Below are positions 42,771-56,817 of a stretch of 64,000 bases of DNA, piece after piece (the first letter of the stretch is position 1; each line of letters begins with the position of its first letter). The stretch is from the human T2T-CHM13v2.0 reference genome, Homo sapiens. The notes under the pieces were generated by a model. It made no database searches. It had not been told where the DNA came from and saw only the letters and a list, made by a program, of their open reading frames with translations. Both the position numbers and the translations under genes were made by a program. The stretch lies in the NCBI RefSeq assembly GCF_009914755.1, contig NC_060933.1; one strand, given 5' to 3'.

Positions 42771-45299
42771 AAAAATTTTGAAGCCTTTATTATGTGAGAA
42801 CTTAAACTTAAACCTCCTCCCATGTTAAGTAAGGACCAGGGAACTATTAAGCTTCCCCCTAAGGGAACCATTTAGGACCACAGCCCTTTCTGGGTCAGGA
42901 AGGGCATGTTGATTTGAAAGTCCCCTAACGTGTTAATGGATGCTAACAAAAGACTTCCTATTCAGGAAGCAAAGGACACCTGGGGCTGACCACCCTCACT
43001 CTTCACTGATGTTTCCTGCTTTTGTTAAATATAAAGTAAATAAATCAAAATAAACAAAAAGAAAGCCAATAACAACAACTACCAAACATCAGTATATCCT
43101 TTTAGTTGCTATGGCTCCTTAAAGGACTGGAGAATTGTCTGGAAGCAAAATCAGTTGACTCCTAAACTCTTAAGAGATTTTATTGCTATTATGGTGCAGA
43201 AGAAGTGCTAAAGAGCCATATCACCTAGCTCAACAGCGTGGAAATTGGAAACGCTGTCTTGTAATGTCTGGATAGGGAAGACAAGAGTCTATGACCTGAA
43301 AGAGAGGGGGACAGAGAATATATTTCCATTTGCCAATTACAGACACATGTCCAGTGCAGATGATTGTCTTTATGTTTTCTAACTTGGACCATCAAACATC
43401 CTTTCATTCCACAGTCTTCCTCAGATTAGCATCTGGTGTCCTTGTTTTGCATCCTCTCTTCACCTTGCCTTGAGTCTTCAAAGCCAACTTTAAATGGACT
43501 GTTTTTCCTTAGCCTTCCCCTTAATCATAATAATTAAAAAGTCCATGAAATTATGGTTTTGATAACTTTTTTCTAAAAATCATACTAAAACAAATATATA
43601 ACTATTTAATTTTTTAAAAGTTTGTCCACATCTCTCCTACAATCTCTTGAACTACCAGGGTTCTGATCTAAGAGAAGCTAGAATCTACAGATGTTAACAC
43701 AACTCCATGGAGGCCTGAAGCAAGAAGCTTCATAGGGTGTGAATGGGCAGGTGGGCCAGGCAGCAGGTGAAGGCCATGCTCTAGAAGTGAGATGCTGGGC
43801 AGGTCTCTCCTTTCTCCATGCATAAAGCAGATGGGGAAATGATGGGGTGAGAATTCACTTAGGGCTACGAATTGCTGGGAGGTGTTTTGGGTAGCAACGA
43901 AAAACAAGTAACAGCAACAAAGAAGGCTGGACAAAATCATGTATACTATCGAACTGAAATCTCAGCAGCAATAACTTGAGGACCCAGGAAACTGCCAAGT
44001 CCTCAAAAGCCTTGACTTTCAGAGCTCTTGCCGGAGTAGCAATAGGAGTGGTGGGAAATCAAGAAAGTCAGACATTCCAGAGTGTCCTAAAAAGAGTGTC
44101 ATCAAAAGCATCTGAGCATGGGATCGATGCTGGGCTAAAGGACTACGGAATCCACAAGGAGCTGAAGGACGGGAGAAGCAGGAGGGCCTATGGGTCAGTA
44201 TGGGCTGAGGAAGGTGTTCAGTGAGTATAGGTGTGTGAGAAGATCAAACAGACAAAGTAACAGACACACGCACACACAGAGCCATACAGAGACACACACC
44301 TTTCTTTCTAAGATTTTTTTTTAAGTCTATAGAACTTTGAATTGATTTGACATCCCCTCTTTAAATAAGAGGGGACATTCCCTCTTTTGATATAAGCTCT
44401 GAAATGCATAAGAAATTCCTTGTAAAAATTTACAGTCTTTTTGAATGGATGTTTTTTAATATTTTCAATTACAGATTTATGGCAGAATTTTTCATAGGCC
44501 TGAATTGTCTGTTTAATATTAAAATGATTTTTGTAGGGAGCCATCTGTTATATGATCAGGCATGGAAATTCTTTACAGGGCTTTCCATCAGCACTCCTCC
44601 AGTGTTTGTCATGCTTCAAATATCCCCAGGCACTTGTGTTTCCATTTAGAGGAGCAAGGTAAAGGACTCAGAGGCAGGACATGATGTCTCCTCGATTGTT
44701 CAGCAGCTGTTACTGAAAACACTGTGTTCGGCATATGTTTTTTCCCCAACCTAAGCTCAATGTTTTCCTTTACTATGACAAAACAATATCCTGAGAAAAA
44801 GGACAGTTTATTAATCTTTGAATCTCGTATCAGAACAAACTTTGCTCATTGCACTAATCAACTCACGTTTTTCTTCAAAGCTGTTTTATCCTCTAAAAAT
44901 GGTAAAACTTCGGCTCATTTTCCCCATGAGTACTATTCCCCTGAGTGCAATTTCATCGGAGCTAACTCTATTTTACCAAGTAGATTTCATCTCAAGTGCT
45001 CCCTTTGAATCACTGGGCTGGGAGCTGCCTGAAAAAGAATGTGGGAAGGATTTCGAGGGTGAGCTCAGGGTCAGTGGAGAGTACTACAATTGATTACTTA
45101 TGTCTGCTTTGGGTGTAGAAGTAGTGAGCATGAGACACATGTGCCCTTTATTTGCTGTCTCTGGCCTTTACAGTTTCTCTGTCCCTCAATTACTGTGCTC
45201 ATTAATAAGCATTGTGAAATGGCTGGCCTTGAGGCAAACATACACAAAAAAAATCAACCTCTCTATCTGGGAAACAAGCTTGACCCTGACATCACAATA

Positions 45300-45490
45300 A
45301 CGTTAACAACAACAATAATAGCAGCTACATGTGTTGAACATTTGCTGTAAGCCCCACTGTAGGTAATTTACTAACATTAAATCATTTCATTTATTCCCCA
45401 CAAACTACCACAATATACATATTATTCACCCAGATTTTTGACTAAGTCTCAAAAAATGAAGTAACTTTACTGAGTTCACCCTTTTGCTCA
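45300..45490 (-). mobile_element. MIR
   Basis: AATAATAGCAGCTACATGTGTTGAACATTTGCT...GAAGTAACTT. Confidence 0.6.
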
Positions 45491-48400
45491 ACGCATCCGC
45501 ACAAATTCGTATTGTTCTGGATACCTAGAACCATCACTCCCTTCCATAACCACTCAGTCATTTTCCTCCTTACATTCAAATCCTAGCAGTCTCTCCCTCT
45601 ATACATAGCTCCTCATCCTGGAAGACTCCTTGATAAAGCAGAGAGAAAGACTAGCTTCAGATCAGCTAAGTTGGACATTCTCTGAGCCATGACGCGCTCT
45701 TCTCTGTAGCTATATTATTTCACATGACCCATTCTTAATAATTCAGCCTAACCATCTGTTTGTTCAATTCCATTTAAGAATTTTTCTTTGTAATGGTTTT
45801 GTCAATTGTCTGCATTTTGAATTTAATTAAATTGTTATATATCTCAATTAGGTAGTCAATTCAAAACACTTAGTGGATCCAATCTGAGCTTTTCAATAGC
45901 TGGTCAAAATAAATAATCAATGCCATTCACCTAATGGTCCTTCCATGAAAATTAGCTGTGACCTTAGTGGTAAAAATATGGTAAAATGATTTATGGTCAT
46001 ATCCCTCTATATAAGAGAGAAGCAGACAATCATAATTTTTAAGAGGTGTCTGTGTCCAGTTCCCTGGTGTAGTTCTTAATGCCAAGAGAGCCAAAAGCCC
46101 CCTGTTGATCACTGGCTTTAAAATTCTCCATTATAGGTGTGAGTTAGCCAATCGTATCGTCCCATCTCATTTGCCTGGTGATGTATAGACTTGACTTTAG
46201 TTCCCATTTACACCTTGCAGAAACCAATAATAGTTCTCTTCCTCTTGAAAAAAAATAAACAGAAATATCAAAAGGAAATACCTTTATAGGGTGGAGACAG
46301 GACTGGATGAGTTGTGTATCACTGTTTACATCCAAATCAAATAACGGGAAAGAAAACAATTAGTCAAGTTCATACTCTAGGTTCTGTTTAATGTGTCTGT
46401 TTTCAAGCCTGTTCAAGCTATTTTGCCTGAGCAAAGCTTTTGTTTGCCTTCTTAAGGTTTACTTTGCTTTGAGACCTTAGCGCATGAACTGGTTTGGCAA
46501 ACTTGTCTCTCTGAGGCAAAACTTGAAAAGCGAGACATTCAAACACTTGTAAAATGTAGATTTTTGCTTTTACTAAAGTCCATTCCAGGTCTAATCTAGG
46601 TTCACTCTCTTTTACCCAACAGTTCCCTGGGCAGAAATGTGATCCTAGCCCATTCACAATCTGACTCTTCCGTTTCCCAGGATGCACATTATCTAATGTT
46701 TGAGCTTCAATGCTGATTTACCATTACCAGTAAGTAGGTCAGTTTTCTATCATCTCCTTTTTTGTGAAAAGAAAGAAATTAATGCAAAAAGGTTTGCATC
46801 AATGCTTTTCTCTATTTCTCTGTTTTCCTCAGGACAATATATTTTATCCTGAGGATATAATATATATTTTGTCTATCACTTTAGTGGTGAGTTTGAATTT
46901 TACTATCACAATGACTTGGACTTGAAATCTCCAGCTCTGACTGAACAGCATCTTTTCTTAACTTCCCATTATTTTGCTTGGTATAATTTTAAAGCCTTTC
47001 CTATTTCTTCTCATCCCAGTTCAAAGAATACATAATTCTCCTTCCAGGTCCAAAACAGAGATGCTTACCACTTTCTTTTACCTTTCTGTTGATGTATCAC
47101 ATATTTAGATCCTTAGAAAGTATGGGTCTTATTTTTGGATCCAACTAAGATGCCCTTTTCCTCTTTGCTCTGCCCACAGACTCATTTTCTACTTATCAAC
47201 AGGCAGTTTCCAGTCTTTTCATCTCCTCTGCTCACATTCTGCTTCTATGTCCTGTACACTCGAAGTATGTTCAAACAAGATTTCCCATCTTTCCTGCCAC
47301 TTGGATTGTGTCATCATTTTTTTAAGATATTGATGATGTCATCAATTGTTTCCACATGAAAGTCAAACTCACCACTTCAAAGTTCTCAATATTACTTCTT
47401 TCCCCCCGTGCACCATTCCAAGTCCCTCTGCCTGCCTTCATTTCTTTTTGAATTCCATAACCACACTGTTTTGCTGCACAGGGAGAGGGGGGCATCACTG
47501 CCTCAAAATCACCTTGACCTCTCCTGGTATGCATTCTTGCTTTCTTGCCAATTGGAACGATATGAGAAGGATTTAACATGAATGGGGTCTCTCATTCTTT
47601 CCATGTTCTTCAAAGCACTACTTAAAGTTAAATAATTTTCGAATTCATTTAGTGGTAGTCGCTACCCCAAAACAGACTTAAAATCCTTTACCTTATTTTT
47701 ATCCCTAATTCTTTCCCATTCAAACCGTTGTATAATGTATTAGTATACTTATTACATTCTCTTGATTTAGGAACTAATTATAAAAGTCAGAAGTCAATTT
47801 TGGGTTATGCTGCTTATGTCTGGTGGTACGTAACCATAGGGGGACAATATGTCCTTGACTCCCAGAAAGAAGGAAGAGTCTAATTTTTTTGTGTCCTCTA
47901 CATTATGTACCTGAAAGAGGCACATACACAAAAGCAGGGCTCTCTCTAGTTCCACAGAGGAATGTACCCTGTGTAATTAGCTCACATCCATGGCCTTTAG
48001 AGAACAAAATATTGGTCCAGTGTCCTACTTCTTGCTTCCTCCCTGATCCCCACAATTGAAATCAGAATTATTTCAAAGTTTCCAATTCAGTTTATATTCT
48101 ATCTAATCAACTTGATAACTCTCCTTGCTAATGCTGATAAAATGTCTTTCTTAACCTATCTTCAGTAATTTTTCCTGTGGGAGGGTAGAGACCAAGAGAA
48201 GGGATTTAAAAAATACTTCTGAATGTGATTTTTTAGCAGCTTTAGGAAAAGGTTTGGTGATCCCAGTTCCACTCAAAAAAATTATCTATGTGCAAAGCAT
48301 TTCCCTATTGGCTGTTTTCAGCTAATCCCTTTAAGCTTTGTATGGACATTTATCTATAGATTTTCTTAAATCTCTTGTTTATCTGTATTTTCAGAGACAT

Positions 48401-49104
48401 TAGTTAGATAGCAAGATACCCTTTTTATATCAAAGTAAGTCACCTTCTAAGAGTAAAATTAGAGTCAAATAATGTGAAATAATATTTCAAGGCACAGTTT
48501 GCTATTCATACTATATTCAGTGAAAAATGTTTTAAAGCAACTTGTATGGAACAATCTCATTTTTCAATCTGTCTCTCTATCATCTGTCTATCTGTCTATC
48601 TATCCATCTATCTATAGAGAAAGCTATGTAAGGCAATACACCAATATCTTAGTAAGAAGTAGGATTATTATGGCTGATCATTTTTTTTTCTAAATTGTTT
48701 ACAGAGAGGATGTACTGTTGGTATTAAAAGTATTTTTAAAGTACATAATATGTTTATGCTCCTTAATCACTTGCTGTGGATGTGTCTAGCAGAAAGATAT
48801 TAGGAAGCTTCCATTGCTAATGACTTTGAAAGATTACGACAATCCTTTATTGTCTCCATTTTTTTTAAATTTTAACTGGTAGTTTACCAAAATCAACAAG
48901 GAACACAGGCTAACAGAAGGACAAGAGAGTCATTCCACTTTTCAAACAATTTGAGAACACATAGCTCTCTGCCAGCTGTCTGCTCTAGCAAGTGGTGGAG
49001 AGATGGCAGTTCTGTTCCTGACATGAAGAGAAGGTACATTAGGGTTGGAAAGGACTTAGAAGCCTCCTCCCCCATTATTCTGGAGTCCCTGCCCCAGAAA
49101 TGCA

Positions 49105-49340
49105 ATAAAATGCTAACACTTATTGAGCTTGCTACGTGTATGCACTGTTCTAAGAACTTTTTATATGTTAACTCATTTAATCCTCCCCAAACCCTATATG
49201 GTGGTAAGTATTACTACCCCCATTTTACAGATAAGGAAACTGAGGTGCAAAGACATAATAATTTGCCCAGCATCTCATCCAGTAAGCAGCAAACCTGAGG
49301 TTTGAATCAGGCACTATGGCTCCAGAGCTTGCTCCCATAA
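49105..49340 (-). mobile_element. MIR
   Basis: CTCATTTAATCCTC...CCCCATTTTACAGATAAGGAAACTGAGG canonical core. Confidence 0.9.
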
Positions 49341-49529
49341 AGGTTGCTCCTTACTGCCTCTCATTTGTTCTTGCTGAAATGTGGTCCAGTTGCTGTTTAA
49401 ATGACTCTAATAATAATAAATGGCCCACCTTCAGTGATAGCCAATTCCCCTTGAGACTCTGTCCTACTTAGAGTTGTACCAAGATATGTGGGTGCCTAGG
49501 CAATGGAATAAGTAGAAAGGTGGCTCTAT

Positions 49530-50014
49530 TTAAATCCACCCCTCTTTCCCAAAGGAGATCCTGGTTGGAGGACTTTGGTGTAGGTAGTTTATTTGGAGGT
49601 GATCTTGCAAAGCAGGAGTGAGGGAGAGGGGAAAGTGAGTCAAGAAGGGAGAAAAAGCAATAAAAGGAGTATTAAGTTTGTTGTGGGCAATTGCAACTTG
49701 ATTATCTGAACAAAGAAAACAGCCAGAACTGTTCTACTCAGGGCTAGGGAGGCTTGGGTATTTATCTACCAACAGCCATCCCTTGTTAGTGGAGGGTTTT
49801 CCTTGGAAGCCACCAATCCCTAGCCCTTCCAGGCTGCCGTATAGGCAGGCTGAGCAAGATGCACTGGTGCTAGAGAAAGCCCTCAGGCAGAGAAATAGAG
49901 AAGCCCATGGACTTGGTTGGGAATCTGTCAGCAGTGTAGAAACTGTCCACTGGAGCTACAAGAGAACTCACAGGTGATCCAAAAGTTATGGGGTGGAGCC
50001 TCAACATCTCCTAC
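49530..50014 (-). mobile_element. LTR33-family ERVL solo LTR
   Basis: AGTTTATTTGGAGGTGATC...GGGTATTTATCTACCAAC...AGAAAGCCCTCAGGCAGAG; ends CTACA. Confidence 0.75.
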
Positions 50015-50073
50015 AGTGGCCCTTCAAATCAACGTTGGCAAAATATTTCTCTAATGTGTTGTTAGAGGAAAGT

Positions 50074-50257
50074 CAGGGGATTTCAAAGAGTGATCCCTGG
50101 ACCAGCAGCATCAGCACCACTTGGGAGTTTGTTAGAAATGCATATTCTCAGGCCCTCCCCAGAATTCCTGAATCAGAAACCCAGAGAGTGTTGCCCAAAA
50201 ATCTGTGTTTTAAAAAGCCCTCAAGATGATTGTGATACAGATGAAAACTCTGCAACC
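50074..50257. mobile_element. MER5A
   Basis: GGACCAGCAGCATCAGCACCACTTGGGAGTTTGTTAGAAATGCA...CTGAATCAGAAAC. Confidence 0.9.
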
Positions 50258-50409
50258 AACAAAGTTTTAAAGATAGAAAGGGCCCCAACCACAAATCAAT
50301 TTATCTTCCTAGGGAAGACTGAGATAGAACTTATCCAATGTCAGACATATAGAACCCAGGTCTCCAAACCCTAATTCCCCAAGGCAATGATTCAGACATT
50401 TTCCCCCAA

Positions 50410-50878
50410 TAGGTTTGGGCAAATGCTAAGCTGCTGTGACAAAAAGAACCCAAAAGATAGTCACTTGAATGAGAGAAATTTATTTCTCACTCAAGTAACA
50501 GTTTAGCCAATATAGGCTGGTGGGAACAACTCTGCTCTACAAAAATCATTCAGGGACCCAGGTTTTTTTCATGTTGGGCTTCTGCCTTCTCCTGAGTGGT
50601 GTCTTCACCTGCATAGCCAAAACTAGGGTGCTGTCGTATCAAAATGCTGACCATGGGATGTGAGGGATAGAGGCAAAGTCCAAAGCCAGAATCTTATCTG
50701 AATTTGCAAGTGACACGGTATTTGAGCACATCATATACTCTAATAGTCTATTGTTCCAAACTTAATCACATGACCACATGTAACTGCAAGGAAGGCTGAG
50801 AAATATCGTCTTGGCAACTTTGTGCCCAGGAAAAAAGTCTCTAGAAGACAACCAACAAATAGTCGTAGCATGTACCAC
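50410..50878 (-). mobile_element. MLT1K-like LTR
   Basis: TTTATTTCTCACTC...CATTCAGGGACCCAGG...TCACATGACCACATGTAACTGCAAGGAAGGCTGAGAAAT. Confidence 0.8.
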
Positions 50879-52122
50879 AATATCAGATTTTCCTAATGTG
50901 AGAAGAGTTATTGCTGTTGTTATTTTTTGATTTGCTTTGTATTATATTTATTTACATCACACCTTGTTCAAGCAAGGTATTAAGGCACCTTCAGTATATG
51001 AGTCAGAAGATCTCAGTCAAGTGGCTTATTAAGATGCACATGTTACCTCGAGTGGGAGAAGTATAATCTACTACCATCTTTTAAAGAAATCCATGCTCAG
51101 GTTTAACAGATCAGACACCTGACATCCAGTAAAAAGTAAGCTACTGTGACAATGGGATATAGATCAGAGCTTTTCTGAAAGAAATAAAGGTGGACAACAT
51201 CAACAAAATTTCTGGATACATGTGGGAAGGTAAGGGGCAAAGAAAGAATAAACCCAAAAGGAGATGATAGTAGAAGTCAACCCTGTTCCAATTGCATGTT
51301 TTTCCAGGCTTGGTAGGATCAAGGGATAGATATCGAGGGGTTCCAAATATACCCAGCCAAGGCACTTGCCCAGCAGGTTAGTTCCAAGGTTTGGCTCTCA
51401 AGGGGCTGAAATCGAGTGATCAAGTTATGCAATCCATGGCAAGATCAGGAGGAGCCACTGGGTCAATACTGAATTGCTACAGGACTCCAAAGGTCCTTGG
51501 ACAAAAAATGCTAAAGAAGTGCAAGTCCAAAGAGTAGAAATTCAGATAAAAACAAGAGAGGCAAAAACCAAGTAAAAGACTAGGTGAAAATGGAGCAGAA
51601 TAAAATAAGGTGGAAAGTAAAGTGAGATGGGTGATTTCTGAGAACAGAGCTGAATGAACACCTTTCCTGATTAATGCACAAGTCTTGTTGGTGGCTTGAA
51701 ACATCAAAAGAAGGCAGGGTTGGTGCGGGAAAAGAAAGCACATAAACAATGTTTTTCTGAACAGTGTAACTTTCAGAGCTAAAGGCAGAGAACCAAATCC
51801 CTATTATTTCTCAAGTAATATGTTACCTCAACACAATCTCTGGGCATTGATTTAAAATAACAACTTAGAATAAAATCATAATTAGAAAGCTAATTAACTG
51901 AGGCAATGCACAATAAAACACAGAGGCTCTGAATTGTGCCCCAGAAGCCAGCTGACTCGTGCTTTTGTATTGCTTCCTTCTAGGAGGAGGAACTACAGAT
52001 TATATCTAAAATATCTCAGTAAAGCTACAAATAAGCATGAGCACAATTAATCCACTCTACATAAAGCAAAAATCCTCACCAACGTCAGCAAGCAGCAGTG
52101 TCCTCTTAAATTTAAAACTTCA

Positions 52123-52462
<340 letters not shown>

Positions 52463-52904
52463 TTATCCTTTCAATGAGGGCCAGCAGCTCTCATATTTTT
52501 ATCTCTCTTTGCTTTACAGTACACAGAAATACCCTCTGAGTATGTTGTTTTCTCTCTGCTCAGGATTAGCAGAAAATTGTATAGCCAAAACTATTACTCT
52601 CTATCTCTTCATCTTTTCTTTCAGTAGATGAGAAATCTTCATTGCTATTTAATTATGCTCACCTGCAGAGCCATGACACATTGGATTTCAGATATGCAAA
52701 GAAATAGACTTTTGTAGATATTTTAAAGTTCCTAGCACACTTTCATGTTATATTACTATGCATAGCTTTATTTTTGGCAAAAAAAAAAAAAAAAAGAGCA
52801 AGCAAGATAGAAGTCATCTTTTGTACCTCTCCTCTTCTTCCATGTCCTCTGCGTTTTCCACTTTCTGCCCAAGTTCTCCATGCTTTCTGATGATGTATGA
52901 TGTA

Positions 52905-53140
52905 TGTGATCTAGAAGCTTAGACTCTAGAACTACACTGCCTTGAGGTCACACTGTAGCTCTGCCACTAATAAATTGGGTTGAGCAAGGTACTTAAGCTT
53001 TCTGAATTCCAGTTTCTTCATCTATAAAATGAGCACAAACCTTTATAGATTTGTTGTGAAGGTTAAGTCCGTTAATATTGCAAAGCTCTTTAGAACAGTA
53101 TCACCATTTAGGAAGTACTCAGTGTGTAAGATGTTTTTCA
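52905..53140 (+). mobile_element. MIR
   Basis: CAGTTTCTTCATCTATAAAATG...TTGTTGTGAAGGTTAA. Confidence 0.8.
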
Positions 53141-53723
53141 TTATGACCTCTGATTATGCAATACATACACCATGGCACCCCAACCTTGCCTGCCTGAACC
53201 ATGAGAAGGGTACTCCAAGCCTTCACATTATCCTGCCTACCTTGTCTTAAAGCTCAACTTCCTTTAATGTTTTTCTCTCAACCAGTTGACAGGGAGAACA
53301 GGTTGAGCACGGATCAGAGCAGGACTTCTGAAATTTGACTGTTCAGGTAAATCAAGCGGAATCCTTATTAAAATGCAAGTCTGGATTCAGTAGGTCTAGA
53401 ATAGAGCCTGAGGTTGTGCTATTTTTGCTGGTCTGTGGACTACACTTTGAAAAGCAAGAGGTTGGCATCTTCTAAGTCTAGGTTCTAATGCACTCAAGAG
53501 CTCTCAGACCTTGGACAAGTTCCTCAACTTCTTCCAGTCTATTTAAGCTACAAAGGTACCTGAGTGGATTAATGTGAAGATTCAATGAATGAATGGATAT
53601 AAAATGTTCACTAAAGTGGCTGACATATACCAGGAAATTTCCAATAATCAGTAGCTCTTAACTTGTTAGAAGGTTACTAGTCATTAATTCCCAAGGGATT
53701 TTGCATTTTAAAAGAGGTGACTT

Positions 53724-54079
<356 letters not shown>

Positions 54080-54670
54080 TTATAGTTGTAATATCAAATA
54101 AAGAAACTATAAGGTACCCCTGGCCACTGGTGTTACTTCAAGCACCTTCCAGGCCAAAGGCAAAAATGTTCAAAGCAAGCTCTGTGATTTCTAAACAAAA
54201 TTTCAGCTCTGCTACCAGTAGCATAGAATCTATAAGCTTTGAATCTCCTTTCAGCCGGCAACACAGAATTCTTCCACTTTAAAACTTCACCAGTGATTGC
54301 TGCTTCTGGCCAAAATGAAGTAATCCGGACAGTTATTTTCCAACTGAAACATTCAAACAAACAAAAAGACAAAATATATAAAACAATAAGACACTAGGCT
54401 CAGGCAACGAAAGACAGTGATTCTTGAGAGAAGGGAAACAAAGGTGAGACCTATGATTGCTGAACTTACTGATTGCCTTGAGAGAATTTCAAGGCCACAG
54501 AGCAAGAAGCAAAAATCCAGTTGGAGCCCAGGAAACTTCCTCTTTAAGTTGAGAAGACAGAGCTAAGGATCGGGGGAGACCTTAGTGGCTAGAGGTTTCA
54601 GAACAGAGGACCATAGAGGAGAGAGCTGCGCAAAAAAGTTCTCTGGAAATCTGTAAAAAGTCCCTCTGGA

Positions 54671-54976
54671 GGCGGGGCACAGTGGCTCCGCCTGTAATCC
54701 CAGCACTTTGGGAGGCTGTGGCAGGTGGATCACCTGAGGTCAGGAGTTTGAGACCAGCCTGGCCAACAAGGTGAAACCCCATCTCTACTAAAAATACAAA
54801 GTATTAGTCGGGAGTGGTGGTGGGCGCCTGTAATCCCAGCTACTTGGGAGGCTGACGCAGGAGAAATGCTTGAACCCGTGGGGGCAGAGTTTGCAGTGAG
54901 CCGAGATCGCGCCATTGCAACTCCAGCCTGGGCAGCAGAGCAAGACTCAGTCTTAAAAAAAAAAAAAAAAAAAAAA
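54671..54976 (+). mobile_element. AluSx/Sq-like
   Basis: Full dimer; TSD AAAAAGT(C/A)CCTCTGGA. Confidence 0.95.
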
Positions 54977-55090
54977 GTACCTCTGGAAGTACCTCTGGAG
55001 AATTCAGTGAATTCAGTGGAGTACTGATTGGTGCATGCTGTTCATAAGGAAACTACCCAATACTTGGAAAAGAACCAAATAAGAGGATTG

Positions 55091-55250
55091 AGCTATGCAT
55101 GGTGGCATACACCTGTAGCTCCAGCTACTTGGCAGGCTGAAGTGGAAGAATCTCTTGATCCTAATAATTCAAGGCTGCAGTGAACTACGATTATGTCACT
55201 GCACTTCAGCCTGGGTGACAGACTGAGACCTTGTCTCAAAAAACAAAACA
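55091..55250 (+). mobile_element. Free Alu monomer (FRAM/FAM-like)
   Basis: Single old monomer; flanks AAGAGGATTG / AAGAGTTG. Confidence 0.85.
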
Positions 55251-55994
55251 AGAGTTGGAGGGCACAAGGCTGGTACTGTTACAGGATCAGGAATAGTGAC
55301 TATTCTCACAAGCCTGACAACTAATGAGGCATTGGGCAGAATGCCCAGAAGGTCTTGCTTCAGTAGTGGAGAACAATGGTCCCTGAACTAAATACTACTT
55401 TGGTCTCACTAACACATCTTAAAAAGCAAGTTTCCAGAAGATCAAACTGTTTCCAAGTAACTTGACTGTAATACAGGTCAAAAATATCCAGTATCCAATA
55501 AGGTAGAAATTACATCTGGCATAGAATCAGAAAATATGAAGCATGCAAAGAAGCAAGAAAATATGACCTGTAATAGGGAAAAATTAACCAATCAAAACCT
55601 ATTTAAAACTGACATAAATATTAGAATTAAGAGAAGAACAGTTATTATAACTGTATACTAGATGTTCTAAAATTTTACTACATAGGAGATATAAAAAGAC
55701 CCAAATTGAACTTCTAGAGATGAAAACTATAAATATCTCAGATGAAAACTATACTGAATAGAATTAAGAGCAAATTAGACTTTACAAAAGAAGAGATAAG
55801 AAAACCTAGCCTATCAATAGAAACTGTTCACATTAAACACAAAGAAAAAAAGAATTTTAAAAAATGAATATAGCATAAGTAATTTGTAAGACAATTTCAA
55901 GTGGCCGAATAAATGTATAATTGGAGTTTAGACCACACAAATGAATAAAGAACACCAGATATGGAAACAATATAGGTAATTATCGAAAATACTT

Positions 55995-56317
55995 TCTTTT
56001 CTTTTCTTTCTTTCTTTTTTTTTTTTTTTTTTTCTGAGACAGGGTCTCACTCTGTCGCCCAGGCTGGAGAGCAATGGCATGATCACAGCTCACACAGCCT
56101 AGACTTTCAGGGCTCATATGATTCTCCCACCTCAGCCTCCCGCGTAGCTGGGACTACAGGCATGTGCCACCATGCCCAGGCAATTTTTTTAATTTTTTGT
56201 AGAGACGAGGTTGTGCCATGTTTCCCAGGCTCATCTTGAACACCTAGGCTCAAGTGATCCACTTGCCTTGGTCTCCCAAGGTGCTAGGATTATACGTGTG
56301 TGCCACCACACACAGCC
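55995..56317 (-). mobile_element. AluJ
   Basis: Full dimer; TSD AA(A/G)ATACTTTCTT. Confidence 0.93.
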
Positions 56318-56469
56318 AAGATACTTTCTTACTATTTAAATCTTTTTAAAAGATAATTGACTATACAAGCAAAATAATAATAATATGTTGTGGAGTTCAT
56401 AATGTGTAGAAATAAAATATGACCGCAATTTAAGTCTGGAAGGCAGAAATGAAAATATATTGTAAGGGT

Positions 56470-56817
<348 letters not shown>

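Noticed and set aside
46825-46854. TCCTCAGGA...TCCTGAGGA 9-bp inverted repeat
   Set aside because: Too short for a pre-miRNA or MITE; compatible with chance.
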